DNA of 64,000 bases from Octopus vulgaris. Taxonomy: Eukaryota. Shown one piece after another: positions 25,006 to 39,439 of this stretch. The notes beneath the pieces were generated by a model. It was not told the origin of the DNA. It did not search any database and saw only the letters and a program-made list of their open reading frames with translations. Each line of letters starts with the position of its first letter. Position 1 is the first letter of the stretch. The stretch covers positions 137,950,001-138,014,000 of the forward strand of contig OX597814.1 in assembly GCA_951406725.2 (NCBI GenBank), given 5' to 3'. The position numbers and the translations under genes were made by a program.

Positions 25006-26894
25006 TATATATAAATATACATACATACATATATATATATATATCAGGATATAGATCAGACTATCGGATGCTGTTATACATCGCTGGTCACAATACACTT
25101 CGCACTGTTTTAGCTTTTGAATGATGTCTCCCCGCTGAGTAGACGAGCAGGCCAACATTCCTTCCCCACCACCACACATTGAAAGGCTATTCCGTTGCTG
25201 GATCACCCATCTACAGCTAAGTGAACCGGAGCATCATGAAATGAAATGGTTTTGTCCTGTAACTGTTGAATACTCAATGAATATCTTAAACAGAAAGCAA
25301 CTACAATCTCACAATTCATACTTATATGATTTATCCTCTGCGTAAATGAATTACCATCCCACCAGACCGCTTCCTGGGTTTATTCACTTCCGTGACTTTT
25401 GGTATTTTTATACAGCTTCAATTTGGCAACAGAAGTCTGGTTGAATGAATTTTACATGTATTGAATTTACCAAACTAGCTGACGATTGTAAAGATTGCCA
25501 TTGTCATTTTTCACAATTTAATAAAACGTAACAGAAAGAGTTAATAACAATGTTCTCGAAAACGTGTTTTAGCGACATCATGTCGCTAAAGAAAGCAGTA
25601 TCTAGATGGCATTTTTGGGCTGCCGCTGAATACATATATAAAGTCTTCCAAAAAATGTATCATAATCAACATTTTTGACAGCATCTTGGGGTTCCAAAGG
25701 CTTTACAATCTTTTTTGTTTATTGGGATTTTGTAACAATCTCCTGCTTTTGTGTTGCAAATGCAGTCATTGAAGTGTGATATGATGTAACGGTAACGAGT
25801 CCAAGAAAGGCTGCATTTCATATCGACATTGTTGTCATTTTTATGAGGTACAGCCTTCCTTGCATTCTTGACCGCTACATCGCATCACACTCCGAAAGCT
25901 ACACATTTGTAATCCATATGTATGAATGTGTAAAGACTGTGCGATGCGAGGTAACGAGAATGGCTCCTTAGTACATCACACGGTCGATACAATAAATATA
26001 AAAAGAATACATATATGTACCAGTGGAAAAAAGGGAGATACAACCAAGTGGAATGTGTAAGAGAAGATTTATAGATATGTTAACATGTGTCTGTGTGTGT
26101 GTCATGTATACAGAATAATAGAACAAAATGTATGTGTGTATAGGCATGGATGTATGCGTGTGCATTAAGTACATATAAGAATAGCAATGAAGGAAATAGT
26201 GAAAGAGTCTATAGTGAGAAGTTAGACGAATGTTCATAGACACAAGACATGAGAGTACCAGTTCGTAGTCAATTGTATACGGTTGTTTAAACACTGTATC
26301 AAGAAGTTACGGCTAAGATGCGGAGCCGGTTGCGGTAAATGTACAAAGTTGTGGCTGTAATGCTGCTGCCTGGGTCACTTGGTACAAGAGTTCTCGCAGG
26401 TTGTATATTTGCTGTTGATCCATGGTGAAGTAATTCACGAACAGTACTGTGTTGAAACCTGGGCGAATTACTTGTTGAGCTATGTACATAGAGAGATGTT
26501 GACGACATTAAGAAGATGATGGTGGCGACGAAGAAAGAAGTTGCCATAATGCTGTTGGATGGGTGTTGTCGTCTGGGACTGGCTGTGTCTTGTATGGTCA
26601 GTGGCTAAACCTTAAAAGGTCTGGAACCAAATACATCGAGACGAGGAGAAACTGGGTTTTTATAAGTAGCTGTAGGTTCAAACTGGGTTGAGAACAGGCT
26701 GTCTCACGTGATCCTTTTTAGAGCTCTGATTGGTTTTACACTGCAGATTGGCGCAACAGAGTAAGAGACAAATTGTGTCAATACCAAATAGCAGCCAAAG
26801 GTTAGCTGTTACCTGCAACGTTCGAAAGCATGTATATATATAATAAAGGGGAGGAGGGAATTTCACTCGAGTGTACGCTACAAATGTGTTGATT

Positions 26895-27017
26895 ATTCTT
26901 AAATAAGAATTTTATCGGTAATGACATCGAAGTTTTGGCCAGTTAAGCCATCGTCGGACGATGGCTTAAGTGGCCAAAACTTCGATGTCATTACCGATAA
27001 AATTCTTATTTAAGAAT
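26895..27017. repeat. Near-perfect 123-bp palindrome centred on a degenerate hammerhead
   Basis: Axis at G26956, one mismatch; each half reads C(G/C)GACGA-TGGC..GCC-AAAA-CTTCGATG-TC. Confidence 0.9.
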
Positions 27018-27104
27018 TATAATTTTGATTTCTACCTAAGTATAGAGTTATTCATCAGATTAATGTAAAATTATTTTTATATTAATTGAACGTAAAAATA
27101 AACA

Positions 27105-27602
27105 TTTATATATGTTTTACATAAGTTCTTTTTGGAAAAGTTCAAGCATATCACTAACGAAGCGACAAGACTGTTTGAGTTAAGAGTTGTAAGTATGTGG
27201 TTGAGTTGGTGTGTTGGCTGAACTATCGGGGCAAACATCCAAGTGTGTGCATCTATCCACATAAGAGTCTCAGGTGGAGATTTTTTGGAATGCCCTACAA
27301 ATCTTGACTGTGCTACTAATAAATTTGGATTTGGAGAATCTGCGCCAGTCTCTTTTATTCTCTGTCCGTGAAACTGAGTATTTCTTCTTTTTTTTTTTGG
27401 CAACTCTGTTGGTACATAACCTGATGCACCAATGATAATAGGTACAAATGAGAATTCATAGTTAGCGTAGAAGAACTGAAAGTTCCGCATTGATTCGCCA
27501 TAAATATTCTCTTTTTCCTGGACTTTTAATTGTACATTCACATCTACTGGGCAGCTCACCTCTATAACAGTGCATGACTTTTGTTCCCTGTCCCACAGGA
27601 CA
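27105..27602 (-). mobile_element. 3' end of an RLE-type (R4/Dong-like) non-LTR retrotransposon
   Basis: VLWDREQKSCTVIEVSCP...KVQEKENIYG...VPIIIGASG (REL endonuclease); 5'-truncated directly against (CATA)n. Confidence 0.8.
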
Positions 27603-28353
27603 GTATGTATGTATGTATGTATGTATGTATGTATGTATGTATGTATGTATGTATGTATGTATGTATGTATGTATGTATGTATGTATGTATGTATGTATGT
27701 ATGCATGTTTGTATGTATGTATGTATGTATGTATGCATGTTTGTATGTATGTTTGTATGTATGTATGTATACACACGCACACATAGACATGTGTGCGTTT
27801 CATAGAACATTTATAAAACCACGTAGAACTACTCACACGTAACAGCTGACCTGGGATCCAACAATTCCGTAGCTAATATACAATATCCTGTAAATTGTTA
27901 AACAAAGCAATTCAATAGTAACCCAGAAAAATTATGCAATATTTGTAATCCTAAATATTTTATAATTTGGTAATTCTAAATATTCCATAATTTGTATTCT
28001 ACGACTTATAGAATATTCAAAATGGGTAGCAGCTGTCTCATGTTTCACAGATGGAAACAGCAATAAACTTAAATGAGAAGCTTAATGAATTTACGCACAA
28101 ACTTCTGATGGTGTGTTCTTGACCCAGAAAACACTAAAATGTTCAGCTATGCAATAAAGAAATTCATTTCCCAGGGATGTCTTCAGCATGAATTACACCT
28201 AGATGTGACAGTGTTGTAAGATGTTTGCGTCTCAACCACGTGGTTTTGGTAGACGGAAACTGAAAGAAGTCCTTCGTGTGTGAATATGTACACACATGCA
28301 TACAAGCATTCTTGCATGCATGTATGATGTATGTACGTACATTTGTATGTACC

Positions 28354-28390
<37 letters not shown>

Positions 28391-28607
28391 ATGTCTGTCT
28401 GTCTGTATGTATGTATGTATGTATGTATGTATGTATGTATGATGTGTATGCGTATCTCTGTGTTTATCTTCCACCACCACTTGACAACCAGTGTTTGTTT
28501 ACGCTCACATAAATTAGCTGTTGAACCAATGAGTCTGATAAAATAGGTACAAGCTTATAAAAAATACGTACTGGGGTTGATTTATTCAACTATACCTATC
28601 AAGGTAG

Positions 28608-29289
28608 GGATCGTTTCACTTTGACCGGCAGATTTAAAAAATAATTTCTTTGTAACTAAACACTTTTAAACTTCGTATACTGGCAGAATGTATTACATAA
28701 AACATCTTTTTCGCTTGGCTTTCTTGAGAAAATTCTGTAGTTTGTAAGCTATTTGTTGTTAAATTTCTTGCATTTCGGCAATTTCAACCAATCAATGACT
28801 TCTATTGAGGTGAATACAATTTCTGCTGTTGTTTGTCAACAAGTTCAACAAGTACTTCCGGCGGCGTAGCTGTCACTTATAAACCCACATGGGTTTATTT
28901 ACATTTCTGAAGAAAAAAGAAACCCTTCCCCCCACCCTTAACCCTACCTCTAACCCTAACACTAACCCCACAATCTTTTATTCATACGAATGTGACTGAT
29001 ATGAAATATGCCATAAATAACAGTGACAAACTAAATAGAGACCGCAGGAAGTTGTTGTTGACAAACAACAGCAGAAATTATATTCACCTCAATAGACGTC
29101 ATTGATTGGTTGAAATTGCCGAAATGCAAGAAATTTAACAACAAATAGCTTACAAACTACAGAATTTTCTCAAGAAAGCCAAGCGAAAAAGATGTTTTAT
29201 GTAACACATTCTACCAGTATACGAAGTTTAAAAGTGTTTAGTTACAAAGAAATTATTTTTTAAATCTGCCGGTCAAAGTGAAAAGATCC
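28608..29289. mobile_element. Fold-back MITE related to 18268-18692, inserted in a SINE
   Basis: TIRs of about 250 bp starting GGATC; TSD CAAGGTAG; central CCCTAA-like repeats. Confidence 0.9.
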
Positions 29290-29848
29290 CAAGGTAGTGC
29301 TCCAGCATTGTCGCAGTCAAATGACTAAAACAAATGAAAGAGAAATCAGCTACAAACTTTCATAGCAAACTGCCCTACCCTTCTCATAACTTTGTAGTTG
29401 TCTTGATATATCTTTTGTTTTTTTTTCCTTTAGTATTCCTGTAGTTAAAACAACTAGCATAAAAAAAAAAAATTCATTACTCTATTCCCCATCCCTTCAT
29501 GTTTCGGTGTAGGTACCCCAATCCATTCCTTTTCGTTTATCCATGTTTTTTTCCCCTTTTTAAAAATTTTTTGAAATATATATATATATACCTCGTTCAG
29601 AGATTTATTATTGCTTATATATTATTGCTTATATATATATGTAAGTGGTTTTAATGATTCTAACAATTTATATTAATGTTTTTTTTTTTAATAACTATTT
29701 GTATTCTTATCTTAAATGTATTGAATTTTATACTGTATATAATGTATGTTATTATGGTTGTAGTTTTGTTAATTAAATAAGACAACATTCCAATATCCTA
29801 AAGCTGATAAACCAACTAATGAGTTTCTACATTTTCTTATTTGTAATG

Positions 29849-29893
<45 letters not shown>

Positions 29894-29984
29894 ATAAATA
29901 TATCTGTATATGTATATGTTTGTGTGTTTGTGTTTGTCCCTCACCAAATGATGATTTGAAAATGGGCTTTCAAATCATCATGTA

Positions 29985-30620
29985 TCAGCTGCAGTTGTTG
30001 AACATAAAGATTAGCTTCACAGTATGATCATTTGAGACAAGCTCAAAGTGCAACATCTCAAAATCCTATCAAACACACTACATAGTCTTCTGGTCAAACT
30101 GCCCTTGTTCGACTATAGATTCTGGAGCATGGCCAGAACGACACAACAGATTTCTCTTTTTAGGATTACAAAAATAGATCTATTTCTCATCTCTAGTTAC
30201 AATTCGACACCAAAACCAGATATCACAAGGATTTGGCAGCATTTGTTTGCAAATGTTTGCACGTTGTTGAGCCTGATCATTGGTCATTTCATGAGGTGCT
30301 CCTCGACAGTGTCTGTTCACAAGGCTGAGCTAATGGAAATGTTGATTGAAGGGGCTTTGTGAAGGACTAAGTTCTGCCGACAATGGACGAGTGCTTGTGC
30401 TTAGTCTCATCTTCCACAAGAGTAGGTCTTCCTGACTTTGGTTTATCTTCAAGGCTGGAATCACTTTCATTGAAACGTCTGAACCAATTTTGTGCCACAC
30501 AATTTTGTGACAGTTTCTGGGTCATCCACATAATTCATTTCTTTGATCACTGTCTGTGCAATCAGACCATTTTTTTTTCCCCCACAGATTGCATAAAATG
30601 GTTTTAATTACAACTTTTCA
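29985..30620 (-). mobile_element. mariner transposase remnant (N-terminal HTH)
   Basis: Minus-strand AQNWFRRFNESDSSLEDKPKSGRP. Confidence 0.7.
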
Positions 30621-31089
30621 CTCATTATCAAGGCTGTAAAATAAAGCATAAACAATGCTGATATGTTTCGTTTTTGGATTTGGTTTACAAGATTTTTTAT
30701 TTGAGTTCGTAGGAAAATAAAAAATAAGAAATAAGTGGACATTTTACCGGTGAGTGTGTTACATTATAAGGCACAAAAAGAAAATGACTCTCCCCAGACA
30801 CAACAGAAAATGCTGATATGTTATATATGAAAATAAAGAATAAACAATTCAGTAACGACTGGACAATAAATTATATCAAATTAATGACTTAACATTGAGA
30901 TACAAGTTACTGAAAATCATTAGTGAAAATCCTAAAAAAAACTTGACTCAACCTGGTACTACTGCTTTTTTTAGACTCTCTGCTCTATATATCTTCCTAT
31001 TGCTCACTCCCTTTCATTATTATATGCTGCCTCCTTTTTTCTTTCTCATCTCTGTCTGTCTATCTACTATCTATCTATCTCTCTCTCTG

Positions 31090-31244
<155 letters not shown>

Positions 31245-31339
31245 CTGTTACTTTTTCATTTTCCTCTTTTTCACTCTCTTTTAACTTTAATTTGTTTTCC
31301 TCAATGACTACTAATCGTTACATAGATATCACCGTGTAA

Positions 31340-31387
<48 letters not shown>

Positions 31388-31402
31388 CACACATGTATGC
31401 GC

Positions 31403-31446
<44 letters not shown>

Positions 31447-32848
31447 CCTAACAGTTCCTCATGAAAATTTGCCAGCGCCTGAAACATAAGAAACATGTGC
31501 AGTAAAAAAAAAAAGGAGAGAAAGGAAGAAAAATAAACAATATCAAAGAGGGGTGAATGAAGAAGAGGGAACATTGTATTCTCTTAGTTGGACGCTATTC
31601 ATATATTTTTCTATCTCTCCATCTCCCTCTCTCTTACAACCTTATTTTCATCATTTCTCCCTCTCTCTTTCTTAGCATTTACTGTTTCTCATAAGAAATT
31701 GTTGGTGTGTCTGAAATTTGACATCAAAAGTTATTTTATTAATACTCATAGTATCTATCACAAAAATACAGTGTTTACATTTTGAGTGACAGAAACTTTA
31801 CATGTTCTGTCATTCAAATCGCCAACATCTTACATTTCTCGAAAACATGTTTTTACAATTCCTCTTTAATCTTAATAGCTACAGATCCATAGAAGACAGT
31901 AATACTTTCCGTCTACAACATCGTGTAGCTTCTTAAATTGCCATCTTTTCTCTTTTTTTCCTAAAAGTGTTTTCCGCTGTGGTATATTAGGAAAGACACT
32001 TGCTTACAGTTGCTTTTTTAATAAGTTGTTTCTGACTATAAAGCAAAGAAAAGATGCAACCCTACCTATAACATGTTCTGCTACCAAATGCTGCAGAAAC
32101 AAATGAACAGAATTAACAAAGACCTCAAGCTAATGCTGACCGGAATGGATCTCACAGAAAACTTGGCATTGATAATGAAAGTGACACTTGCCATAAACAA
32201 GATGGTATCGGATAGGGTGAATCTAGACGATTGGAAATGCCTGATAAATGGCAGGTTCACCTTCAACAGAATGCTACCAAACAGGCTGCATACAGAAATC
32301 ATGAAATTTCACAACAGTGCAAGGCCAGGCAGAAAACTCAGAGAGCAAGACAGGCAGAAGCTAGATTGTAGCCATACACATATGAGCTGTGGACAAAAAA
32401 TATGCTTGGCTATGATCCTGGACATCACTATGCTCCTGAAAAAATAGTCTCAATTGATATCATATCCAAAATTTGTGACAAGTGTTTAACCAAAATATGG
32501 AAACAAGAGATAAATGCAATGTGTTATTACAATGGAAAAGTTAATCCACCAGAGCCTCTAAAATGATTTCTTATTGTCACTACTGAAGAATCCATACATT
32601 TTTTGAGGAACATCAGAAAATATAGCTTTGCTTTCAAAATAGTGAAATTGAAGGTACCTTTAAGATAACACCTAGTAATAATACTGATTATAATGCTGCT
32701 AATAACTTTGGTTTAACACCAAATCCTGAGATTTAGTTAATACTAATTCCTTTAACCATGAATGCTACATACTTGTGAATAAATGCCTTTGTAAGTCCCA
32801 AACCAAGCTTATCTGTCCTTCATAAAATCACTGTTTAAGAAAGGATAT

Positions 32849-32991
32849 ATTAGATTGTCCCAAAAGTTTGTAAACACTTGCGAAAATTGAATTTTTACTC
32901 GCCAAGTACTAACAAAAACAACAAAAATTATTCCTCAAAATAAAAACCATTATTTTCCAAGACTTTCTACGAACTTTTGGGACAACCTTAT
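32849..32991. mobile_element. Short mariner-type MITE
   Basis: TATTAGATTGTCCCAAAAGTT ... AACTTTTGGGACAACCTTATA. Confidence 0.65.
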
Positions 32992-33427
32992 AGTATACCA
33001 ATGTATGGTAATTGTAGGGGATCAAACATATTACTACATAGGTTCTCTTGCAAAAAATTGAAGTCTAGATTACATGACCATTCTTCTTCATTTAAGTTAA
33101 GGATGAAATAAATGCATTTTGAATTTGAAAGACAGGAACATTAACTATGATATAAAGTAGTCCATTATTAATTATGCTCCATTGAACAATACCAGTAATT
33201 TTAAATGTGATTCTTTCCTGGAGGAAATTATATAGTTACTTCAAAATTAGAATTATTAAATTGTAAAACCAGTCTTATGTTGAAATGTTCCCATTAATAT
33301 AGAAAAAACATCTAAATATTTCAATAATAAATAATGTCTCCATTATAATTGCTTTTTCTATAATCTAACAAGCATAAAATTTCCAGATTTTTTTAAAGCA
33401 TACACAGATAGCTAGATAACTAAATGT

Positions 33428-33732
33428 TGTTGTTTGTTCCTTCTCAAGCCATGCCTAGCTCATAGGGCCGGTTTCCTGGTTTCCTTGGTGTATAGGTTCC
33501 CAACCTAGATGGGAGGTTGATCCGTCACAAGTGAGCTGCAAGATGCAGGAGAAAAGAGTGAGAGAAAGTTGTGGCGAAAGAGTCAGCAAAAATTTGCCAT
33601 TACCTTCTGCCAGAGCTGTGTGGAGCTTAGGTGTTTCGCTCATAAACACACACATTGCCCGGTCTGAGATTCGAACCTCCAATCCCTCAACTGTGAGTCC
33701 ACTGCTCTAACCACTGGGCCATGTGCCTCCAC
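33428..33732 (-). mobile_element. SINE family C with TSD
   Basis: Reverse of the 22391 head; flanked by direct repeat AGATAACTAAATGT. Confidence 0.8.
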
Positions 33733-35621
33733 AGATAACTAAATGTAGTGACACAAAATTTTTATGCTTAATTTTTATTCTTTCCTTATCTACTGACATC
33801 ATAAGTTTAAATTCTAAACTGGCTTTTCTTAGAATATATTGTTTCATAACATTCTTTTTTTGCATGTGTTCATGCATTGTAGATATTATTTCAGTTCACT
33901 TTGAATTTAACCTGTTTTGGGTTACATGGATAACATTGTGTTAACATAATTTTGGAGGTATATTGGCTTCGTTGGTATTTTGTACCTATTTCTATATCTA
34001 AATGAGCTGGCACGATAGAAATGATTGTGGGAAATGTATGGTGTAATCATCAAATAAATGTGCAATTTTTTCCATTCTTATTCAGGTTGTTATACACACA
34101 TACACATACACACACATGGTAAGAATGCTGGATGATAATTACGTAATCAATAAGCTTCATTCATTCAATAAGATTATTTTTTTTCAGCTCTGCAAATGCT
34201 TATGCGGTGAACACATGTAGCAACTAATTTGTTCACATAACAAAGTGACAAGTTCACCTAAATGACCTTGTTTCTTGCAAAGCAAATGACCTATTAGAGT
34301 TCACTAATACTTATATTAGACATACGTACATCATTTTTTTTTTTGTCAGAATGCTGTTATACAGACAGAATTAATTCTTTCAACATACTAACTTATTTCA
34401 TATATGCTAGTGGAGAAATAGATACACACACTCAGAGTCAGACATACACATGCACATTTATGCATGAGTATGTGTGTGTATGTGTGTGTGTGTGCATCTG
34501 CATGTATGTGCATAATACCACAACCATCATCGTAATAATTTTTGATGTTTGCTCTTCAATTGACAAGACTTGTTGAGGCAGTATTCTATTCCCAGATGTC
34601 CTCTGCCACTAAGCCTTTGTACAAGGGCATCAATGCTTGTATATACATCTGGTGGAGAAATATGGTAATCAGTTTGCACAGGAATGTGTCACACCCAATG
34701 TTTGGTACAGTAACATCATTGTCAACTGTTACAAGGATAAAGGAGGTGCCTTAGAGAGTGACAGAAGAAATTACAAATGCTGGACCACATCATAAAGTTT
34801 AAGGAAAGAATTGAAGTTCAATTAGTTGAGTCCTGTTTAGCTACATTGTCCCTATTTAGTGGAAGGGTTTTTTTACTCTTGCAAGTTACATGAACCTCAC
34901 TTGTGCTGGACATGAAAAGGCTCCAGTACACACTGTAAATTGGTTGGTGTATGAAGAAGAACACTGAGACCTGGAAATCATGAAAAATTAGAGATTGGTG
35001 AACAAAGCAGTATTTAGATGCATTGCATTCTGTCAAACTGTCTAACTCAAGCCAGCATAACAGGTAGATGCTTAAAAATGATGACAATGATGATGATATA
35101 TACATATATACGCACGTGTGTACGTGTGTGTGTATGTGTGTGTGTGTGTTTGTGTGTGCGTGCATGCTCGTGTGTGTCCTTGTTACATGATAGTTGTGAA
35201 CAAGTGTTTACCATTACACAAGCTACATCATTCATATTCAATCTCCCATGAAAACATGTCTGGCTGTGGCCATTGATGAACATTACCTTGTTTGATGACA
35301 GGAAAGGAATGCAGCCATAGAAGATCTGCATCATTGAATTTTAACTGACCCATGCAAACATGGAAAAATGGATGTTAATATGATGATGATCATGATGATG
35401 ATAAATGTGTGTGTGTGTGTGTGTGCGCGCACACACACATACATTCATATATAAATATGATGGTTAATTCTGTCAATTCTGATGTATGATAATTTGAAGG
35501 AACAGCTGAAAAAAAAGGAAGAAAGTATTAAAAATAAAAGAATCTGCATCTATTTGTGATGATTTTGAGTCTACCTGGGATTGGACAAATGGGTCTGTTG
35601 ATTACAGGATATAATTTTGTT

Positions 35622-35675
<54 letters not shown>

Positions 35676-35722
35676 AAAGACCATAGGCATTGTTTTGGTA
35701 CTCCTTTATTTTGTCTGTTATA

Positions 35723-36240
35723 TACATCATCATCATTTAATGTCCGTTGTCTATGCTGGCATGAGTTGGACAGTTGACCAGGGCTGGCAAGCTGGGAGGC
35801 TGCACCAGATCCAGTCTGATTTGGCATGGTTACTACAGCTAGATGCCCTTCCTAATGCAAAACCCTCCATAGAGTGTAATGGGTGCTTTTACATGCCACC
35901 GGCCATTTGCGTGACACCAGTATCTGTCACAACTGCAACTTTACTTGGCTTGATGGGTCTTCTTCTCAAGCACGACATAATGCCAAGGGTCTCGGTCATT
36001 GCCTCAATGAGACCCAACACTTGAAAGGAGCTTTTCATGTGCCACTGGCATCAGCACTTTGCCTCCATGAGGTCCAATGCACAAAAGGTGCTTTTTACAT
36101 GCCACCGGCATGGGTGCCAGTTATGTGACACTAGTATCAATCACAACTATGGTTTCACTTGGCTTGACAGTTCTTCTCAAGTAGAGCATATCGCCAAAGG
36201 TCTTGGTCACTAGTCGTTGCCTCTGTGAGGCCCAATATTC
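35723..36240 (-). mobile_element. RTE 3' tail with minisatellite
   Basis: Reverse-complement relative of the 53340-53735 tail; ends in (ATG)n. Confidence 0.7.
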
Positions 36241-36629
36241 AGCAATACACCATCATGCTATAGATGCAACCAGTAGATGCGCCTATATAAGACCATTATG
36301 GCAAGCCAACTTATCATCAGTTAAAGAGGAAATACTTACTGAATATTGAAACTTATGTAACAGATGAAATAAAGGGGTACCAAGTTATTGCCAATATTTT
36401 AATTTTTACTTATTTATCTATTTTTTAAGGGTGGAGAGCTGGCAGAATTGTTAGCACGCTGGGTGAAATGCTTAGTGGTATTTCATCTGCAGTTATGTCC
36501 TGAGTTCAAATTCTGCTGTGGTCGACTTTACCTTTCATCCTTTTGGGGGTTGATTAAATAAGTACCAGTTATGCCCTGGGGTTGATGTAATCAACTTAAT
36601 TTGTCTGTCATGGATGATGAGGATGAGGA

Positions 36630-36666
<37 letters not shown>

Positions 36667-36668
<2 letters not shown>

Positions 36669-36837
36669 CTTATAAACAAGGGCAAAAGAAAAACTTCCAA
36701 TGCCAAATATGCTGAAAATAGACTTAAATCGTCAATACGCATGCTTGTAGTGATGAATTATATGGTTATTGACGATTTAAGTTTATTTTCGGCATATTTG
36801 GCATTGGAATTTTTTCTTTTGGCCTTGTTTATAAGTT
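36667..36837. repeat. Inverted repeat between (TA)n tracts with a hammerhead 3'-half remnant
   Basis: Arms 36667-36737 and 36767-36837; minus strand reads AA-GCATGCG-TA-TTGACG at the arm boundary. Confidence 0.8.
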
Positions 36838-36929
36838 GTTTATAAATTTAACTTTTAAAGGTATTTTTTTAATAAGCTGGCCATTGATAAAATTTTTTCT
36901 AAAATTTTATCCTATATTAGATGTAAGTA

Positions 36930-37022
<93 letters not shown>

Positions 37023-37918
37023 GGATCAAGTTATATTAGTTGTATGATACCAGTATGAGCTAGCTGGTCTTGACTTAACTTATGTGGATACTTTAATAAT
37101 GATATGAAGTTCATTATATTTGTTCTGATACAAAAATTCTGGTACCCTTGAACCATTTCTTAGCATAACATAGAATACGCACACACTCACACAAGGCCAA
37201 CTACTGGCCGAAGCACATGAAGTGGCACCTGGGGTCCTCCATGTACTCCTCAGCCCATAAATAATTCTTCAAAATACTTTGAAATTATATGGTAACATTC
37301 ATCTTGCCAAACTGATCAAATCACTAATTAAACAAATCATTAATAAAGTGTAAGTCTACTCTAGAAAGATAATACATTATGATAATTCAGTCCTTTCAAC
37401 TTGTAATTGCATAAAACTGGTCATATCAGTTGACCTATCAGCTAGTCGTCTTGGATCAGTACCTTGTTATAAAGCAATGAGGTGTTGAGGCAAGCGGTTT
37501 CTCTTTGCTAGTTCTGTATCACATGCATTTTACCTTGATGTTTTTTGGTGGAAAAGGATATGAGTTAAGTCACCAAACCTGTTTATTTGTTTATCAGTGG
37601 ACATGTACAAATTTATTTTATAAATGAATAATGGCAATATTTCTATTTGGTAAAAGCTAGACTATTTCCTTACACCACTCCCTGTCACCTCTTATTTGAC
37701 AGGGCTTATTCCTGTCTTGCGAGTTTAACTACACTAGTACCATGGCACACAAAAGCCACCCAATAAACACTAGCTATACAAACGATGTCAAACATGACAT
37801 TGATGCTTGCTGCAGTCCTGCAGCTCACCAGATCCTGTTAAATGGTTCAGTGGGTGTTAAATGATGCTGATATTGATGACGATGAGAATGATGAAGCTAA
37901 CATGTAGACTTATCTCTA

Positions 37919-38674
37919 TCTATATATATATAAAAGGCAGTTTGTCTGTCTGTGTGTCTGTCAGGTTGTACCCTCACCCTGACCATGGCTTTCAACCGAT
38001 TCTAATGAAACTTGACACACACATAGCCCAATGTCATAATTCAAAACTAACGTAGTGAAAATTTTGAAAAGTTCCCCCAGTTCTGAAAAAAGTCGATAAA
38101 TTCGACATGGGATCGAGAATCTAAGCTTATCATATGCAACACATTTTCCATTATAGTTTTCGCATCTTCCAATCAATTTTCACCAAACTCATGGTGAAGC
38201 TTAATGTTACCCTAACGAACTTAATTCTGACGTCAGTTTTCCATGCAATACCTTACCATCAGAAAAAATCCATAAAATCATGCCATTTTGGGAAATCGCG
38301 TTCAAATTCAAGATGACATATTTTCAACAATATCTTTAACAAATTGGCGGGAATTTTTTTTGAAATTCACAGCGAGCATCATGGCCCTTTTGATTCCAAT
38401 AGGATATGTTATTACTGGAAAAAATTGGTTAATTACATCATATGTGGCACACATAGCAAACTGATTTTTCTGCTATATTTTTTGAAAGTTCACATAGATT
38501 TTCCCTACTTCTTCATGCGTGCAAGGGAACAGTGCCTTGAATGCCTTAATGCCTTTTAGGCTTCATTTCACAAAATAACGGTTCAATGAGTACAAAAAAG
38601 GGTAAAAAGGTATAGGGCATTGCTTATCGACAAAGTTTCTTACATACCCGGGCAACGCCGGGCTATGCTGCTAG
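37919..38674 (+). mobile_element. Non-autonomous Helitron
   Basis: 5' A|TC; 3' CCCGGGCAACGCCGGG hairpin and CTAG|T; homologous to 15492-16040. Confidence 0.9.
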
Positions 38675-39025
38675 TCTAATCTAAATTTGCTAGTCTCGTT
38701 AATACCCATCCTACAGATGGAGAAAATGAATTGTAAACTCTTCATTTCAATACTTTAATTAAATATTCAAATAACTTAAATTTTAGATTAATTTCACTTC
38801 AATTCATTTATTTACAGCCAATTACAATCAAGAAACAAAGCAGAGAATAACACAAATGGCTGTGGGTCCATGACAAAGGGGTCCATACAATCAACACAAC
38901 AAAACAACAACAACAGCAAAATAATGTTAATAATTGTTTCTAACTTTAGTATGAGACCTGAAAGCTGGAAGAATAGGGGTTGTTAATTAAATCAGCCTTA
39001 GTACTTGATTATGCTTTATTGTCCA

Positions 39026-39228
39026 TGTGCTGTTAGATCATGTGAACTCAATAAAGCCATCCATATAGTTCACGATAGAAAAAGAAAAAGACAATCGGCT
39101 AGCATTCCTGGGCGTATTAATAACAAGTACCAGATATGGATTCAGGACATCCGTATAACGCAAGCCGACCTTCACTGAACGATAACTCAACTTCAGTTCC
39201 CACCATCCATACACTGTAAAGAGAGGTC
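39026..39228 (+). mobile_element. Penelope-like element RT fragment
   Basis: LLDHVNSIKPSI*FTIEKEKDNRLAFLGVLI...RKPTFT..*LNFSSHHPYTVKRG. Confidence 0.8.
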
Positions 39229-39232
39229 TCAG

Positions 39233-39267
<35 letters not shown>

Positions 39268-39407
39268 CAATTTACCTCAATTGATCAATAGACCAACTGA
39301 ATAAACCTATCTATAATGACTACTGGAAACATCTGTAAGTCAAATTTGCTACAATAAAGGAATTATATGTAATGATCATTATTTTGACTTGTCTATATAT
39401 ATATACA

Positions 39408-39439
<32 letters not shown>

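Noticed and set aside
26299-26700. Possible gypsy integrase tail (YRNRLRIL)
   Set aside because: Single weak motif with no LTR pair or catalytic core seen.
32073-32447. 124-aa ORF
   Set aside because: No recognisable domain; at best a very decayed LTR-retrotransposon pol fragment.
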